A DNA stretch of 64,000 nucleotides from Acidimicrobiaceae bacterium (lineage in GTDB: Bacteria; Actinomycetota; Acidimicrobiia; Acidimicrobiales; Palsa-688). Under the pieces are notes generated by a model. The model saw nothing but the letters and a program-made list of their open reading frames with translations, did not search any database and was not told the origin of the DNA. The stretch's first letter is position 1. Each line of letters begins with the position of its first letter. Positions 54,346-63,871 of the stretch are shown here, in pieces. Location of the stretch: contig PMWT01000073.1 in assembly GCA_003166025.1 (NCBI GenBank), forward strand, positions 8,657 through 72,656. Reading direction: 5' to 3'. A program made the translations under genes and the position numbers.

Positions 54346-55437
54346 GTGAAAAGACATTGGTTCACTAGATTGTCCGGCCTCGTTGTTGCCGCCGCACTGC
54401 TCGGGTCGGGCGGCTCGATCGCTTCGACGGCGGCAGGTGCGGCACCGGCCGGTGCCAGCGGTAAATACGTCATCGCTCTCAGCAACTCGTTTTTGGGCAA
54501 CACATGGCGCCAGACGATGGTGAACATCTTCGAGCAGACGGCCAAGACCGCCGAGAGCCAAGGCCTCATCTCGGGCTACAAGGTTGAGAACACTTCAGAC
54601 AATGATGCCACGACTCAGATTTCACAGATCAAGAGCCTTATTCTCGAACATGTCAACGCTCTGTTGATCGATGCCGCGTCACCCACGGCCCTGAACTCGA
54701 CCATCAAGGAGGCGTGCCAGGCCGGCATAACCGTCCTGGTGTTCGACTCGCTGGCCTCGGCCCCTTGCGAGTACAACCTCGCCGATAACTTCAGCCTCTA
54801 CGGCCAAGAGGAGGCGCAGCTGGTCGGGTCGTGCATGCACGGCACCGGCAACGTCATCGTGGCCCAGGGCGTGGTCGGCTCGGCGCCGTCGGAGGAGATC
54901 TACCACCAGCAGCTGGCCGAGCTGAAGATGTTCCCCAAGATCAAAATCGCATCGACGGTGGTGGGCGAGGCGGACAATTCCACGACCGAGCAGGCCATCG
55001 CTAGTGTGTTGCCGAGCCTCCCGACCGTACAGGGGGTGATCACCGGCGGCAGCTCTTACGGCGCCGTGGAGGCGTTCCTCAACGCCAAGCGTCCCCTGCC
55101 TTGCGCCGTGTACGACAATACGGGGCTGGCTCTGCGGTTCTGGATGGCCCAGCACCAAAAGGACGGGTACAACGCCTACTCCTACCGCACCGAGCCCGGG
55201 CAGGCGGCAGCGGCGTTCTGGGAGGCTTTGCAGCTTCTCCAGGGCAAGCACTTCGCCAGGAACCTGACCTTCCCGAACATCGAGGTCACGCCGAGCACGC
55301 TCACCCAGTGGATCAAGGTCGTGCCGTCACAGCAGGTTTGCGCCTGGCTGTGGACTGAAGCACAGTTCAACCAGGAGATAACGGCGATCGCCGCGCACCA
55401 CCTCTACTACCCGCCGATCTCCACATCGACCGTTTGA
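54346..55437 (+). CDS. ABC transporter periplasmic monosaccharide/polyol-binding protein (CUT2, PBP type I)
   Basis: GTG 54346 follows a GGAGGGGAG RBS. The signal peptide is VKRHWFTRLSGLVVAAALLGSGGSIAS. The body is ribose-binding-protein-like (KYVIALSNSFLGNTW). Confidence 0.8.
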   Translation: MKRHWFTRLSGLVVAAALLGSGGSIASTAAGAAPAGASGKYVIALSNSFLGNTWRQTMVNIFEQTAKTAESQGLISGYKVENTSDNDATTQISQIKSLILEHVNALLIDAASPTALNSTIKEACQAGITVLVFDSLASAPCEYNLADNFSLYGQEEAQLVGSCMHGTGNVIVAQGVVGSAPSEEIYHQQLAELKMFPKIKIASTVVGEADNSTTEQAIASVLPSLPTVQGVITGGSSYGAVEAFLNAKRPLPCAVYDNTGLALRFWMAQHQKDGYNAYSYRTEPGQAAAAFWEALQLLQGKHFARNLTFPNIEVTPSTLTQWIKVVPSQQVCAWLWTEAQFNQEITAIAAHHLYYPPISTSTV

Positions 55438-55460
55438 ACAGGCGGGACAACAAGGGCTAA

Positions 55461-57002
55461 GTGAGGCCGCGGCACGTGAGCAAACAGACGGCGAAACGAT
55501 GCCCCTCCGAGGCAGAGGAGGGAGAAGCCCGTGGGGGCGGTTCCCTCCTCTGCCTCAGCGCCATTACCAAGCGCTATGGCAGTACCCAGGCCTTGGACGG
55601 GGTGGACCTTGTGGTCAGGCGGGGCGAAATCCTCGGTATTGTCGGTCACAACGGAGCCGGGAAGAGCACGCTCATGCGGGTCGTGCTCGGTATCACGCGG
55701 TGCGATTCAGGGACCATCGAGTTCAACCACGAGCGCGCCGGCCCGGGCTACTCACTGGCCCAGGCCTACGCCCGGGGCGTCCGCATAGTCTTCCAAGAGC
55801 TCGCCCTGTGCCCATCGCTGCGCGTTTTCGAGAACGTCTACGTGGCCCGGCCCGCGCTCCGGGGCCGGGGCTGGCGCCGTCGCTCTCGCCAGGCGATCGT
55901 CCAAAGTCTTCAGAACGTCTTTCCTGGCAGTCGTATTTCCGCCCGGGCCGGGATCGGCCGCCTTCCTCTCGCTCAGCGCCAAATGGTCGAGATCGCTCAG
56001 GCCGTGATCGGCGGCGAAGAAGAAGTCAGCCTCCTCGTCCTCGACGAACCGACCTCGGCCCTCAGCCGCGAGGCGGCCGAGCAACTCTACGACTTCCTCC
56101 GCCGTCTGCGCGCCGGAGGCGTCTCGACGATAGTCATTTCCCATCGCATGCAGGAGGTGCTCAACAACACGGACCGCACCGTCGTCATGCGTGACGGCCG
56201 CGTGGTCGGCGAGCGGATATCGGCTGAGACAAGCTATGACGAAGTGCTGGCCCTGATGGGAGCGGCGCCGGTCGACGCCGCGGAGGCCTCAAAGGGCAGC
56301 CTGCGACCGGTCGGCGAGCAGATCCTGAGCGTGAGCGTGCTGTCGACGCACCGGCTGTTCGACGTTTCGTTTTCCGTTCGCCGAGGCGAGGTGGTCGGCA
56401 TCGCCGGTCTCGACGGTCAGGGGCAGCAGGACCTGCTGCTCGAACTGTGGAGGTGCCGACGGCGCTGGCGCAGCCGCTCCGTTCGTTGCAGCGGGGAAAT
56501 GGCGTTTGTGACGGGGGACCGCCAGAGGGCAGGTGTTTTTTCTCTTTGGGATCTCAAGCGCAACGCCTCGGCGTCGGCCATGAGCGAGATCAGCTCGCTG
56601 GGCGTCCTGAACGCGCCCAAAGAGCTCGCGCTTGTAGATCGCTGGATCGCCCGCTTGGCTATCCGGGGTCAGCGCTCCTCAGGCATCGACGAGCTCAGCG
56701 GCGGTACGCAGCAAAAAGTCCTGGTAGCCCGGGCGCTGGCCAGCCAGGCCGACCTGGTATTGCTCGATGACCCGTTCCGCGGCGTGGACGTGGCCACCAA
56801 GCACGACACTTACGGCCTGATCCACGAGGAGGCGGACCGGGGACGGGCCTTTGTCTGGTTTTCGACCGAGAACGCTGAGTTCGAGGAATGTGACCGGATC
56901 TACGTCCTACGAGGGGGCCGCATCGCGGCCGAGCTAGCCGGCGCCGAGGCCACCGAGGACAAGCTGATCGCCGCCTCGTTCGGTTCGGGGAAACCGTCAT
57001 GA
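55461..57002 (+). CDS. ABC transporter ATPase, duplicated cassette (CUT2 type)
   Basis: The first cassette has GHNGAGKST, LVLDEPTSAL and ISHR. The second has LSGGTQQKV and LLDDPFRGVD. Candidate starts are GTG 55461 and GTG 55476. Confidence 0.85.
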   Translation: MRPRHVSKQTAKRCPSEAEEGEARGGGSLLCLSAITKRYGSTQALDGVDLVVRRGEILGIVGHNGAGKSTLMRVVLGITRCDSGTIEFNHERAGPGYSLAQAYARGVRIVFQELALCPSLRVFENVYVARPALRGRGWRRRSRQAIVQSLQNVFPGSRISARAGIGRLPLAQRQMVEIAQAVIGGEEEVSLLVLDEPTSALSREAAEQLYDFLRRLRAGGVSTIVISHRMQEVLNNTDRTVVMRDGRVVGERISAETSYDEVLALMGAAPVDAAEASKGSLRPVGEQILSVSVLSTHRLFDVSFSVRRGEVVGIAGLDGQGQQDLLLELWRCRRRWRSRSVRCSGEMAFVTGDRQRAGVFSLWDLKRNASASAMSEISSLGVLNAPKELALVDRWIARLAIRGQRSSGIDELSGGTQQKVLVARALASQADLVLLDDPFRGVDVATKHDTYGLIHEEADRGRAFVWFSTENAEFEECDRIYVLRGGRIAAELAGAEATEDKLIAASFGSGKPS

Positions 57003-57976
57003 TCGTCCCCGCGCCCCGAGAGCGGTTGCGTCACCGGCGCCTGCACGAGCTGGACGACTGGCGACAAACGACGTCGGACGCCCTACCCGCCTTCGCTTTG
57101 GTCGGGATGCTGGTCTGCACCCTCGTCCTCGTCCCCGGGGCTCGCAGTGTGAGCGGCCTGGAGCTGCTCCTTTCCTCGGCTATCCCTCTTGTTATCGCGT
57201 CACTGTCGCAGATGTTCGTTATCGTGCTGGGGGACATCGACCTCGGCACGGGCTACCTCGTGGGCTTGGCCAACGTGATCTCGGCCCGCTTCCTGGAGTC
57301 GAGCCCGGAGGTCGCCGTTGGCTTGTTAATTTTGGTCGTGCTTGCCTACATGGCCGCCGGCGCCCTCATCCATCTCCGCAAGATCCCATCGATAATTGTC
57401 ACTCTCGGAGCGTCGTTCATCTGGCTCGGTTGGGCTCTGGTGATCTTCCCCATACCCGGAGGGGATTCCCCGGGATGGCTGTCGTCCTTGATGAGCTGGG
57501 AACCCTCCTTCGTTCCGGCCGCAGTCGTGTTCGCCTTGGTGATCGCCGCCGTCGGGTACCTCATCACCAATCGCACGGCCTATGGCACGGTGATGCGCGG
57601 CGCCGGTTCCAACCGCCTGGCGGTCACTCGCTACGGCTGGTCGATGCTGCGGGTACGGGTCGTTTGTTACGGCTTGGCCGCGGTGTTCGGCATCATCGCC
57701 GGGCTCGCCCTGACGGGGATCACGTCCTCCGGCGACCCCAACGCGTCGGCCAACTACACCCTGCTCGCCATCGCTTCGGTGATCCTGGGCGGGGGCGAGT
57801 TCGCCGGCGGGCGGGCGCTCCCCGTCGGCACCGTTATGGGGGCGTTCTCCATCTCCCTCGTCGGGCAGCTTCTCGTCTTCTTCAACGTCTCGTCCGCCTA
57901 CCAGGCCGGTGCCCAAGGAATGATCCTCGTCGCCGTCCTGGCCGGGCGAGCGCTGTTGCGGATCGGGGTGCGATGA
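56999..57976 (+). CDS. ABC transporter permease (CUT2, RbsC-like)
   Basis: It is multi-TM (IDLGTGYLVGL). It overlaps the upstream stop by 4 nt. Confidence 0.8.
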   Translation: MIVPAPRERLRHRRLHELDDWRQTTSDALPAFALVGMLVCTLVLVPGARSVSGLELLLSSAIPLVIASLSQMFVIVLGDIDLGTGYLVGLANVISARFLESSPEVAVGLLILVVLAYMAAGALIHLRKIPSIIVTLGASFIWLGWALVIFPIPGGDSPGWLSSLMSWEPSFVPAAVVFALVIAAVGYLITNRTAYGTVMRGAGSNRLAVTRYGWSMLRVRVVCYGLAAVFGIIAGLALTGITSSGDPNASANYTLLAIASVILGGGEFAGGRALPVGTVMGAFSISLVGQLLVFFNVSSAYQAGAQGMILVAVLAGRALLRIGVR

Positions 57977-58962
57977 CGGCGGCCGAGCTCGGGGTGCCCG
58001 CCCCGCATAAACGCAGGGCCTGGGCCACGGCCAAGTCGCTGGCCGTCGAGTTGCCCTGGATATGGGTGTTCCTCGCCGTCGTTGCCATGTGGGCCGGTAT
58101 CGTAGCCGTCTCCGGGCGTGGGCTCCTAGGGACGATGACGGCGGCCATAGCGCTGGCTCCTTTCCTGGTGATCGTCGGTATCGGCCAGATGTTCGTGATT
58201 ACCAGCGGCAATGGCAATATCGACCTTTCCGTCCAGTACACAATGCCGTTGGCGGGTTTTGTCGGCATAAGCGTTATGAGCGGCGGGAGCGGCCGGGCTG
58301 CTCTCGGGGCTCTGGCCGCCATAGGGGTAGGTACCGCCGTTGCCGCCGCCAATCTCTTTTGCATCCTGGTGCTCGCTATCCCGCCCATTGTGGCCACCCT
58401 CAGCGTTGGCCTTATGGCGTACTCGGCCTCCTCGCTCCAGGCCCAGAGTTTCTCGGCCCTACCCGACCCGGGGTTGCACGCCTTCACGGTGAGCAGCGTC
58501 GGGGGCGTTTCCTGGCTTGCCATAGCCTGTGTCGGGCTCGCCCTGGTCGCCGGCGGAGCGCTTCACCGCATGACCTACGGGCGAGCGCTGCAGGCCGTGG
58601 GCCAGAACCGGCGCGCTGCCAGCCTGGCCGGCCTGCCCGTGACAAGGGTCATCATCATCTCTTACGTCGTATGCGGGGTGCTCGCCGCTATCTCGGGCCT
58701 TCTCTTGGCCACTTACGTGTCCCCGTCGGTCTCGATCGGCCAGCCCTACCTGTTGAACTCGATCGCCGTGGTCGTGCTCGGTGGCTCGTTGGTTTCCGGC
58801 GGCCGCTCCAATGTCGTCGGAGTGTGGGGCGGGGCCCTGTTCCTGCTCCTGCTCACGACCCTTCTGAACGTCATGAACATCGCCGTCGCGACCCAGGACA
58901 TCGTCAAGGGTGCTTTGATCATTCTTGTGCTTGCCCTTGTGGGCACGGACCAGGGCTCCTGA
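57973..58962 (+). CDS. ABC transporter permease (CUT2, RbsC-like), second subunit
   Basis: ATG 57973 overlaps the upstream stop (ATGA). It contains NGNIDLSVQYTMPLAG and multiple TM helices. Confidence 0.8.
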   Translation: MTAAELGVPAPHKRRAWATAKSLAVELPWIWVFLAVVAMWAGIVAVSGRGLLGTMTAAIALAPFLVIVGIGQMFVITSGNGNIDLSVQYTMPLAGFVGISVMSGGSGRAALGALAAIGVGTAVAAANLFCILVLAIPPIVATLSVGLMAYSASSLQAQSFSALPDPGLHAFTVSSVGGVSWLAIACVGLALVAGGALHRMTYGRALQAVGQNRRAASLAGLPVTRVIIISYVVCGVLAAISGLLLATYVSPSVSIGQPYLLNSIAVVVLGGSLVSGGRSNVVGVWGGALFLLLLTTLLNVMNIAVATQDIVKGALIILVLALVGTDQGS

Positions 58963-58987
58963 GGGAGCCAGAACGGAGGACGCAGTC

Positions 58988-60022
58988 ATGCGAGCAGCCT
59001 TGACAACGGGGCCGGGGCAGATGGGCCTCTATGACCTGCCGGCCCCCGAGGCTGGTCCTGGGCAGGTGCGGGTCTCGGTCGGCGTCGTAGGCCTGTGCGG
59101 AGGGGACATCCACATATACCGGGGGCAACATCCCTATGCCACCTACCCCCTGGTGCAGGGCCACGAGTTCTGCGGGACAGTGCTTTCGTTCGGGCCCGGT
59201 TACACGGGCGCCCTGCGTCCTGGCGAGCTCGTCGCCATCGAACCTTTGTTGCCCTGCGGCACCTGTTTCGCCTGCCGGCGCCGTCACCCGAACTGTTGTT
59301 CGGAGCTCAAGGTCATGGGCGCGCATGTTGATGGGGCATTGGCGGAGGAAGTCGTGGTGCCTGTCTCTTGTTGCTACCCGGTGGGGGACTTGCCCGCTGA
59401 GCTCGCCGCCCTGGTGGAGCCGGTCTCGATCGGGCTCCAGGCGGTCGTACGCTCGGGCGCGGCGGCCGGGGACCAGGTGCTCGTGCTTGGTGCCGGCCCC
59501 ATCGGGCAGGCCGTCACGATCTGTGCCGCTGACCGGGGCGCTGAGGTGATGGTGGTAGACAAGCTTGCCAACCGACTGGAGCTAGCCTCCCATCTCGGTG
59601 CCAGCCGCGTGGTCGACGTGTCCCACGAGTCGGTCGAAGGGGCGGTCAAGAGCTGGACCTCGGGTGACGGCCCCGCGGTGGTGGTTGAAGCTACGGGTGT
59701 ACCCGCCCTTATCCGCCAGGCGGCCGACGTCGTCGCCCCCTCGGGCACCGTCGTCGTTGTCGGCATATCCATGGAGGACGTGGCCCTCTCCGTCCTCGAC
59801 TTCACTCGTAAGGAGCTCAACATCCTCGGCTCGCGCAATAACGCCGGCCTGTTCGCCGAGGCCGTGGAGACGGTGCGGCGTAGCCCGAAGCGCGTGGCGC
59901 AGCTCATAACCCACCGCTTTCCCTTTGAGGAAGCCCCACGCGCCATGGAGCTACTCCGCGACCACCCCGAGAAAGCCGAAAAGGTGCTGGTGACCTTGGG
60001 CGAGCGGGCCGAAGCCCACTAG
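58988..60022 (+). CDS. Zn-dependent medium-chain alcohol/polyol dehydrogenase
   Basis: GLCGGDIHIY, GHEFCG, CGTCFACRRRHPNCC (structural Zn site), VLGAGPIG. The RBS is GGAGGA. Confidence 0.85.
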   Translation: MRAALTTGPGQMGLYDLPAPEAGPGQVRVSVGVVGLCGGDIHIYRGQHPYATYPLVQGHEFCGTVLSFGPGYTGALRPGELVAIEPLLPCGTCFACRRRHPNCCSELKVMGAHVDGALAEEVVVPVSCCYPVGDLPAELAALVEPVSIGLQAVVRSGAAAGDQVLVLGAGPIGQAVTICAADRGAEVMVVDKLANRLELASHLGASRVVDVSHESVEGAVKSWTSGDGPAVVVEATGVPALIRQAADVVAPSGTVVVVGISMEDVALSVLDFTRKELNILGSRNNAGLFAEAVETVRRSPKRVAQLITHRFPFEEAPRAMELLRDHPEKAEKVLVTLGERAEAH

Positions 60023-60035
60023 GCGCGGCCCTCGC

Positions 60036-60842
60036 TCAGGGACGGGTTGCCTCGATTGGTGGTGCCGGCCGTCGGCTCCGGCCGCTGGCCGCCCGCCGGG
60101 CCGCCCCGATGGAGCGCCACATGTCGGCCGAGTCATCGAGGTGGTCGGACATCGCCCGCCGCGCCCCGTCGCTGTCGCCGCGCTCTATGGCGTCCAGTAT
60201 GCGCTTGTGAAACTCGAGCACGAAGCGCCGTCGTTCCTTTTTCACCAGGGTCTCCCGCCTGACCTCCAGGAGCACGTGGCGGATCGAGTCCAGCATGATC
60301 AGGTACATGTCGTTGTGGGTGATCTTGGCTATTGTCCGATGGAACTCGACGTCCTTGACCGACGAGAGCTCGACGGAGTCGGCGGCATCGGCCAACTCTT
60401 GGAACGCGGTGCGAAGCGCATCGAGATCTTCCGGCGTGGCCCGCTCGGCGGCGACGCCGGCGACACGAACCTCGAGCATCTCCCTGACCTCGTGGACCTT
60501 CTCGTAGGAAAAGGGCCCGTCTACGTCATGGCCGCCGCGCGTCTGGATGAAGAGCCGCATGGTCTCGGCTACGTTCTCCTGGCCGATCTGGGTGACTACC
60601 ACACCGCTGCCCGACTTGACCCCCAGCACGCCCTTGCCGCTCAGGACGCGAATAGCCTCCCTCACCACCGTCCTGGACACGCCGAGCTCCTGGCCGATCT
60701 CACGCTCGGGTGGGAGGCGGTCACCAGGCCGGAACTGCTGGGACACGATCATCTCGAGGAGTTGGCTGGCCACGCGGTCAGCCAGCCCGGGATCCCGCTC
60801 AACCCGGGTGAACTGGACTTTGCGCTCGTTGGGTTCAAGCAA
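60036..60842 (-). CDS. GntR-family transcriptional regulator, FadR subfamily (FCD C-terminal domain)
   Basis: LPPEREIGQELGVSRTVVREAIRVLSGKGVL is the winged HTH, followed by a helical FCD-like C-terminus. The start is TTG 60842. Confidence 0.85.
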   Translation of the reverse strand: MLEPNERKVQFTRVERDPGLADRVASQLLEMIVSQQFRPGDRLPPEREIGQELGVSRTVVREAIRVLSGKGVLGVKSGSGVVVTQIGQENVAETMRLFIQTRGGHDVDGPFSYEKVHEVREMLEVRVAGVAAERATPEDLDALRTAFQELADAADSVELSSVKDVEFHRTIAKITHNDMYLIMLDSIRHVLLEVRRETLVKKERRRFVLEFHKRILDAIERGDSDGARRAMSDHLDDSADMWRSIGAARRAASGRSRRPAPPIEATRP

Positions 60843-60964
60843 GTCGGCTGGTCACTCCTGCCTGCACAATAGCGCGCCGGGTGCCCGGCGCGCGGCCTGG
60901 CCCGGCCATGACGTCCACCAACGTCGGTCCGACCCTGTACGAGTCCTACATTCGACCGGCTGGC

Positions 60965-61010
60965 TTGCAGACGGTCTGATGGAATGCCAGAATGCCTCTG
61001 ATGAATGGCA
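60965..61010 (+). promoter_or_regulatory. Class B promoter-operator module TTGCAG-ACGGTCTGATGGAATGC-CAGAAT plus an adjacent degenerate half-copy TCTGATGAATGGCA
   Basis: Read directly. It lies in the divergent region between the GntR gene and the DUF4038-like gene. Confidence 0.5.
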
Positions 61011-61077
61011 ACGGCGTGGCTCGCTTCGGGCGCAGTCGCCTCCTATGAGCGGGCCAAGGCTTCCGGGGGGACGAGGC

Positions 61078-62382
61078 ATGGACATTCGGGCCGTTGGAAG
61101 AGCCCTGTCGATGGACGGCCAGTCCTTCTTCTACCTGGGTGACACGGCGTGGAGCGCGTTTGCCGACGCCAGAGCGGACGAGTGGAGCTATTACCTCGAC
61201 TACCGCCGTCGCCAGGGGTTCAACGCCGTGCAGGTTTCGCTCCTACCCATATTGCACGATCGCTCACTGAACCCGGATAGTGACCCTGCCTTCGATATCG
61301 ACCAAGTCCAGGAGCACTCCCGCTGGCAGTTCAACGACCGCTACTTCTCCCGGGCGGCCCGGATGGTGGATGAGGCGGCCGAACAAGGAATGATCTGCAC
61401 CCTCGTTGTCGTCTGGTGCTCATACGTGGCCGGCACCTGGGCGTCGGCCCGGTCGCCCCAGTTTGTCATGTCCAACGAGGTGCTGGGCGACTACATGGCC
61501 CGTTGCCAAGAACTGCTCTTGCGTCCCAATGTGGTCTTGGTGGCCAGCGGTGACTCGGGTTTCGTGGCTCCCGAGGAGGAGCCCTTCTACGCAGAGTTGA
61601 TCGAGGGGATGAGGAAGGTCAACCCCCGAGCGGTGATCGGCTGCCACCTTCAGCCTCGAGCCCTCCTGCCGGCTGCGCTGGACAAGCTTGTAGACGTGCT
61701 CATGTACCAGTCGGGGCACCACTTCGAGGAGCAGTCTCTTGGGTGGCGTTTGGCTCAGTACTACTCGTCCTGCCCGCCGCCGCGCCCGACGATCGACATG
61801 GAGCCCTGCTACGAAGGGCACGCCTTGGGGGGCCGGAAGCGTCGCTACCGGGCTGAGGACGTTCGTCGCGTAGTGTGGCAGAGCGTCGTCGCCGGAGCCA
61901 CGGCCGGCGCCGGGTATGCCGCTCATGGCGTGTGGTCATGGCACCGCACGGGCAGTACCTTCACCAACCCGCAGTTCTCCGGCGAGCCCGCCGACTGGCG
62001 TGAAGCTCTGTCGTTCGAGGGAGCACGTGACATGGCCGTGTGCCGCGGCGTCATGGAAGCGGAGCGCCTGGTGGGGACCGAGAATGTCCTGCGCGGCTTG
62101 GTCACGCCGGTGCCGGTGGTGCAAGGCGTGAACACGCACCGTGAGGGCGAAGACGACGTCATGGTCGCCACCAACGGCCAACAAGGGGCCGGTGGTATGG
62201 CTTATCTCGCCCCCGGCCAGGAGGCGCGCCTACCGGTTGCCGCCTCAGAGATCTCCGACATCCGGGCTATCGACCTGCGCACAAGAGCACCAGCAGAGGT
62301 CTCCGCCCGGGGTTCGGCCCCCCGAGAAACACTTGTCACGGCCGGGCCGGCCAGCGGGGATGTTGTCATCGTCTGGAAATAA
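61078..62382 (+). CDS. DUF4038/GH140-like TIM-barrel glycoside hydrolase (putative)
   Basis: The N-terminus GQSFFYLGDTAWSAF...YLDYRRRQGFNAVQV is as I remember for DUF4038. I placed the start at ATG 61078. The ORF-track 5' extension is antisense to the GntR gene. Confidence 0.55.
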   Translation: MDIRAVGRALSMDGQSFFYLGDTAWSAFADARADEWSYYLDYRRRQGFNAVQVSLLPILHDRSLNPDSDPAFDIDQVQEHSRWQFNDRYFSRAARMVDEAAEQGMICTLVVVWCSYVAGTWASARSPQFVMSNEVLGDYMARCQELLLRPNVVLVASGDSGFVAPEEEPFYAELIEGMRKVNPRAVIGCHLQPRALLPAALDKLVDVLMYQSGHHFEEQSLGWRLAQYYSSCPPPRPTIDMEPCYEGHALGGRKRRYRAEDVRRVVWQSVVAGATAGAGYAAHGVWSWHRTGSTFTNPQFSGEPADWREALSFEGARDMAVCRGVMEAERLVGTENVLRGLVTPVPVVQGVNTHREGEDDVMVATNGQQGAGGMAYLAPGQEARLPVAASEISDIRAIDLRTRAPAEVSARGSAPRETLVTAGPASGDVVIVWK

Positions 62383-62485
62383 GCCTGCAAGGGAGGGCAG
62401 GCATGAGCGCAGTTGATGTCCACTTCCGTCACGGACAGTTGCTTCATCTAACAACGTCATCAGTCGCACACAGAAGGGAGACCGA

Positions 62486-63787
62486 ATGAAATCACTTATA
62501 CGCAACAAATGGTTGAGCGTATTGGTCGCCGGCGTCACCGCGGGTGGCCTGATCGGGGGCGTGACCAGCGTCCCTGCGGCGTCAGCCGGAACTGCACCGG
62601 TCACGATCCAGTACTGGACCAACGACACCAACCCGGTCGAGGCCCAGATCGTCAGTTCGTTCGAGAAGGCATACCCGAACATCACCGTCAAGCTCACTCA
62701 GTACCAGACGGACACCTACCTGGCTGCCTTGGCCACTGGGGCCAGCAACAGATCGCTGCCTGACGTGTTCTTCGAGGGGCTAGGCGACACCCTGGCCCAC
62801 GAGTACGAGGACGCCGGCCTGATCATGAACCTCACCCCTTACGCAGTGCAGGGGGACTGGGCCAAGAAGTTCTCTCCGTTAGCCATCAAGTTGCTCACCT
62901 ATAAGAACAAGTGGTGGGAAGAGCCGCTCTACAACATCGGGATGGGCATCTGGTACCGCAAGGACATCTTCACCAAGTTGCACATCGGTGTGCCTACCAC
63001 CTTCGCTCAATTCACCACTGATTTGGGGATAATTAAGAAGGCCGGCTACACGCCGATCTCGCTTGGTGGCCAGGACTATTGGATGCCCATGCGGTTCTTC
63101 GACGGGCTGCTGCAGTATTACGGCAAGAACAGCTTCTACACCGCGCTTGCTGACCGCAAGGTGTCGTGGGACTCCCCGCAGGTGATCCAGGCTTTCACCA
63201 CGCTGCACCAGTGGACCGTCGATGACTACTTCACTCCCGGTTTCATGTCGATCAACCCCAACAACGACTACATACCGTGGTTCCAGGGATCGGCGACGAT
63301 GGTGCTAGAGGGCCCGTGGGAAGATGCCACGATCAACTCCAACAAACAGGCGATGGCCGACTATGGTTTCTTCCCCTTCCCGGCCGATGAGAGCCCCAAC
63401 CTGTTGAGCACCTTCTCGCAGGGGATAATGATCGCGGCCAATACCAAGCACGTTCAGGCTGCTCTGACGTTCGTGAACTACTACGACGGCAAAACGAACT
63501 TGACGCAGTTCGCCAGCACGTTGACCCAGCCCGACGCCCTGCTGAGCGTCTCGCCGCCGGCGTCGCAACCGCACGCACAGGCCATTGCCGCCCTGATCAA
63601 CAAGGAGGGCGTGGGCTATCTTCCCACGGACCAAATCCTGCCGCAGCCCCTGGTCAACTCCTTCTCCAAGGCCCAGGCTGGCGTGATCACGGGCACCATG
63701 ACGCCCACCGCAGCGGCGCAGTTCCTCGCCAGCGCAGTCGCAGGTTACAAAGGCGCCTGGCCCTGGGGCAATCAACCGGTGCCATGA
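62486..63787 (+). CDS. ABC transporter extracellular solute-binding protein (CUT1, oligosaccharide type)
   Basis: An AAGGGAG RBS precedes it. The signal peptide is MKSLIRNKWLSVLVAGVTAGG...PAASA. It is 433 aa with a family-1 SBP-like sequence (ITVKLTQYQTD, LPDVFF). Confidence 0.8.
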   Translation: MKSLIRNKWLSVLVAGVTAGGLIGGVTSVPAASAGTAPVTIQYWTNDTNPVEAQIVSSFEKAYPNITVKLTQYQTDTYLAALATGASNRSLPDVFFEGLGDTLAHEYEDAGLIMNLTPYAVQGDWAKKFSPLAIKLLTYKNKWWEEPLYNIGMGIWYRKDIFTKLHIGVPTTFAQFTTDLGIIKKAGYTPISLGGQDYWMPMRFFDGLLQYYGKNSFYTALADRKVSWDSPQVIQAFTTLHQWTVDDYFTPGFMSINPNNDYIPWFQGSATMVLEGPWEDATINSNKQAMADYGFFPFPADESPNLLSTFSQGIMIAANTKHVQAALTFVNYYDGKTNLTQFASTLTQPDALLSVSPPASQPHAQAIAALINKEGVGYLPTDQILPQPLVNSFSKAQAGVITGTMTPTAAAQFLASAVAGYKGAWPWGNQPVP

Positions 63788-63833
63788 GACCGACCTGCCT
63801 CACCCGGCCTAGCTAGTTGTCTTTCATGCTCAC

Positions 63834-63871
63834 GTCGCCCGCCGCAACGCCTTATCGGTGCGGCGGGCGAC
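63834..63871 (+). terminator. Perfect 13-bp stem-loop downstream of the CUT1 binding-protein gene
   Basis: GTCGCCCGCCGCA (63834-63846) pairs with TGCGGCGGGCGAC (63859-63871) around a 12-nt loop. No T-tract follows. Confidence 0.4.
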
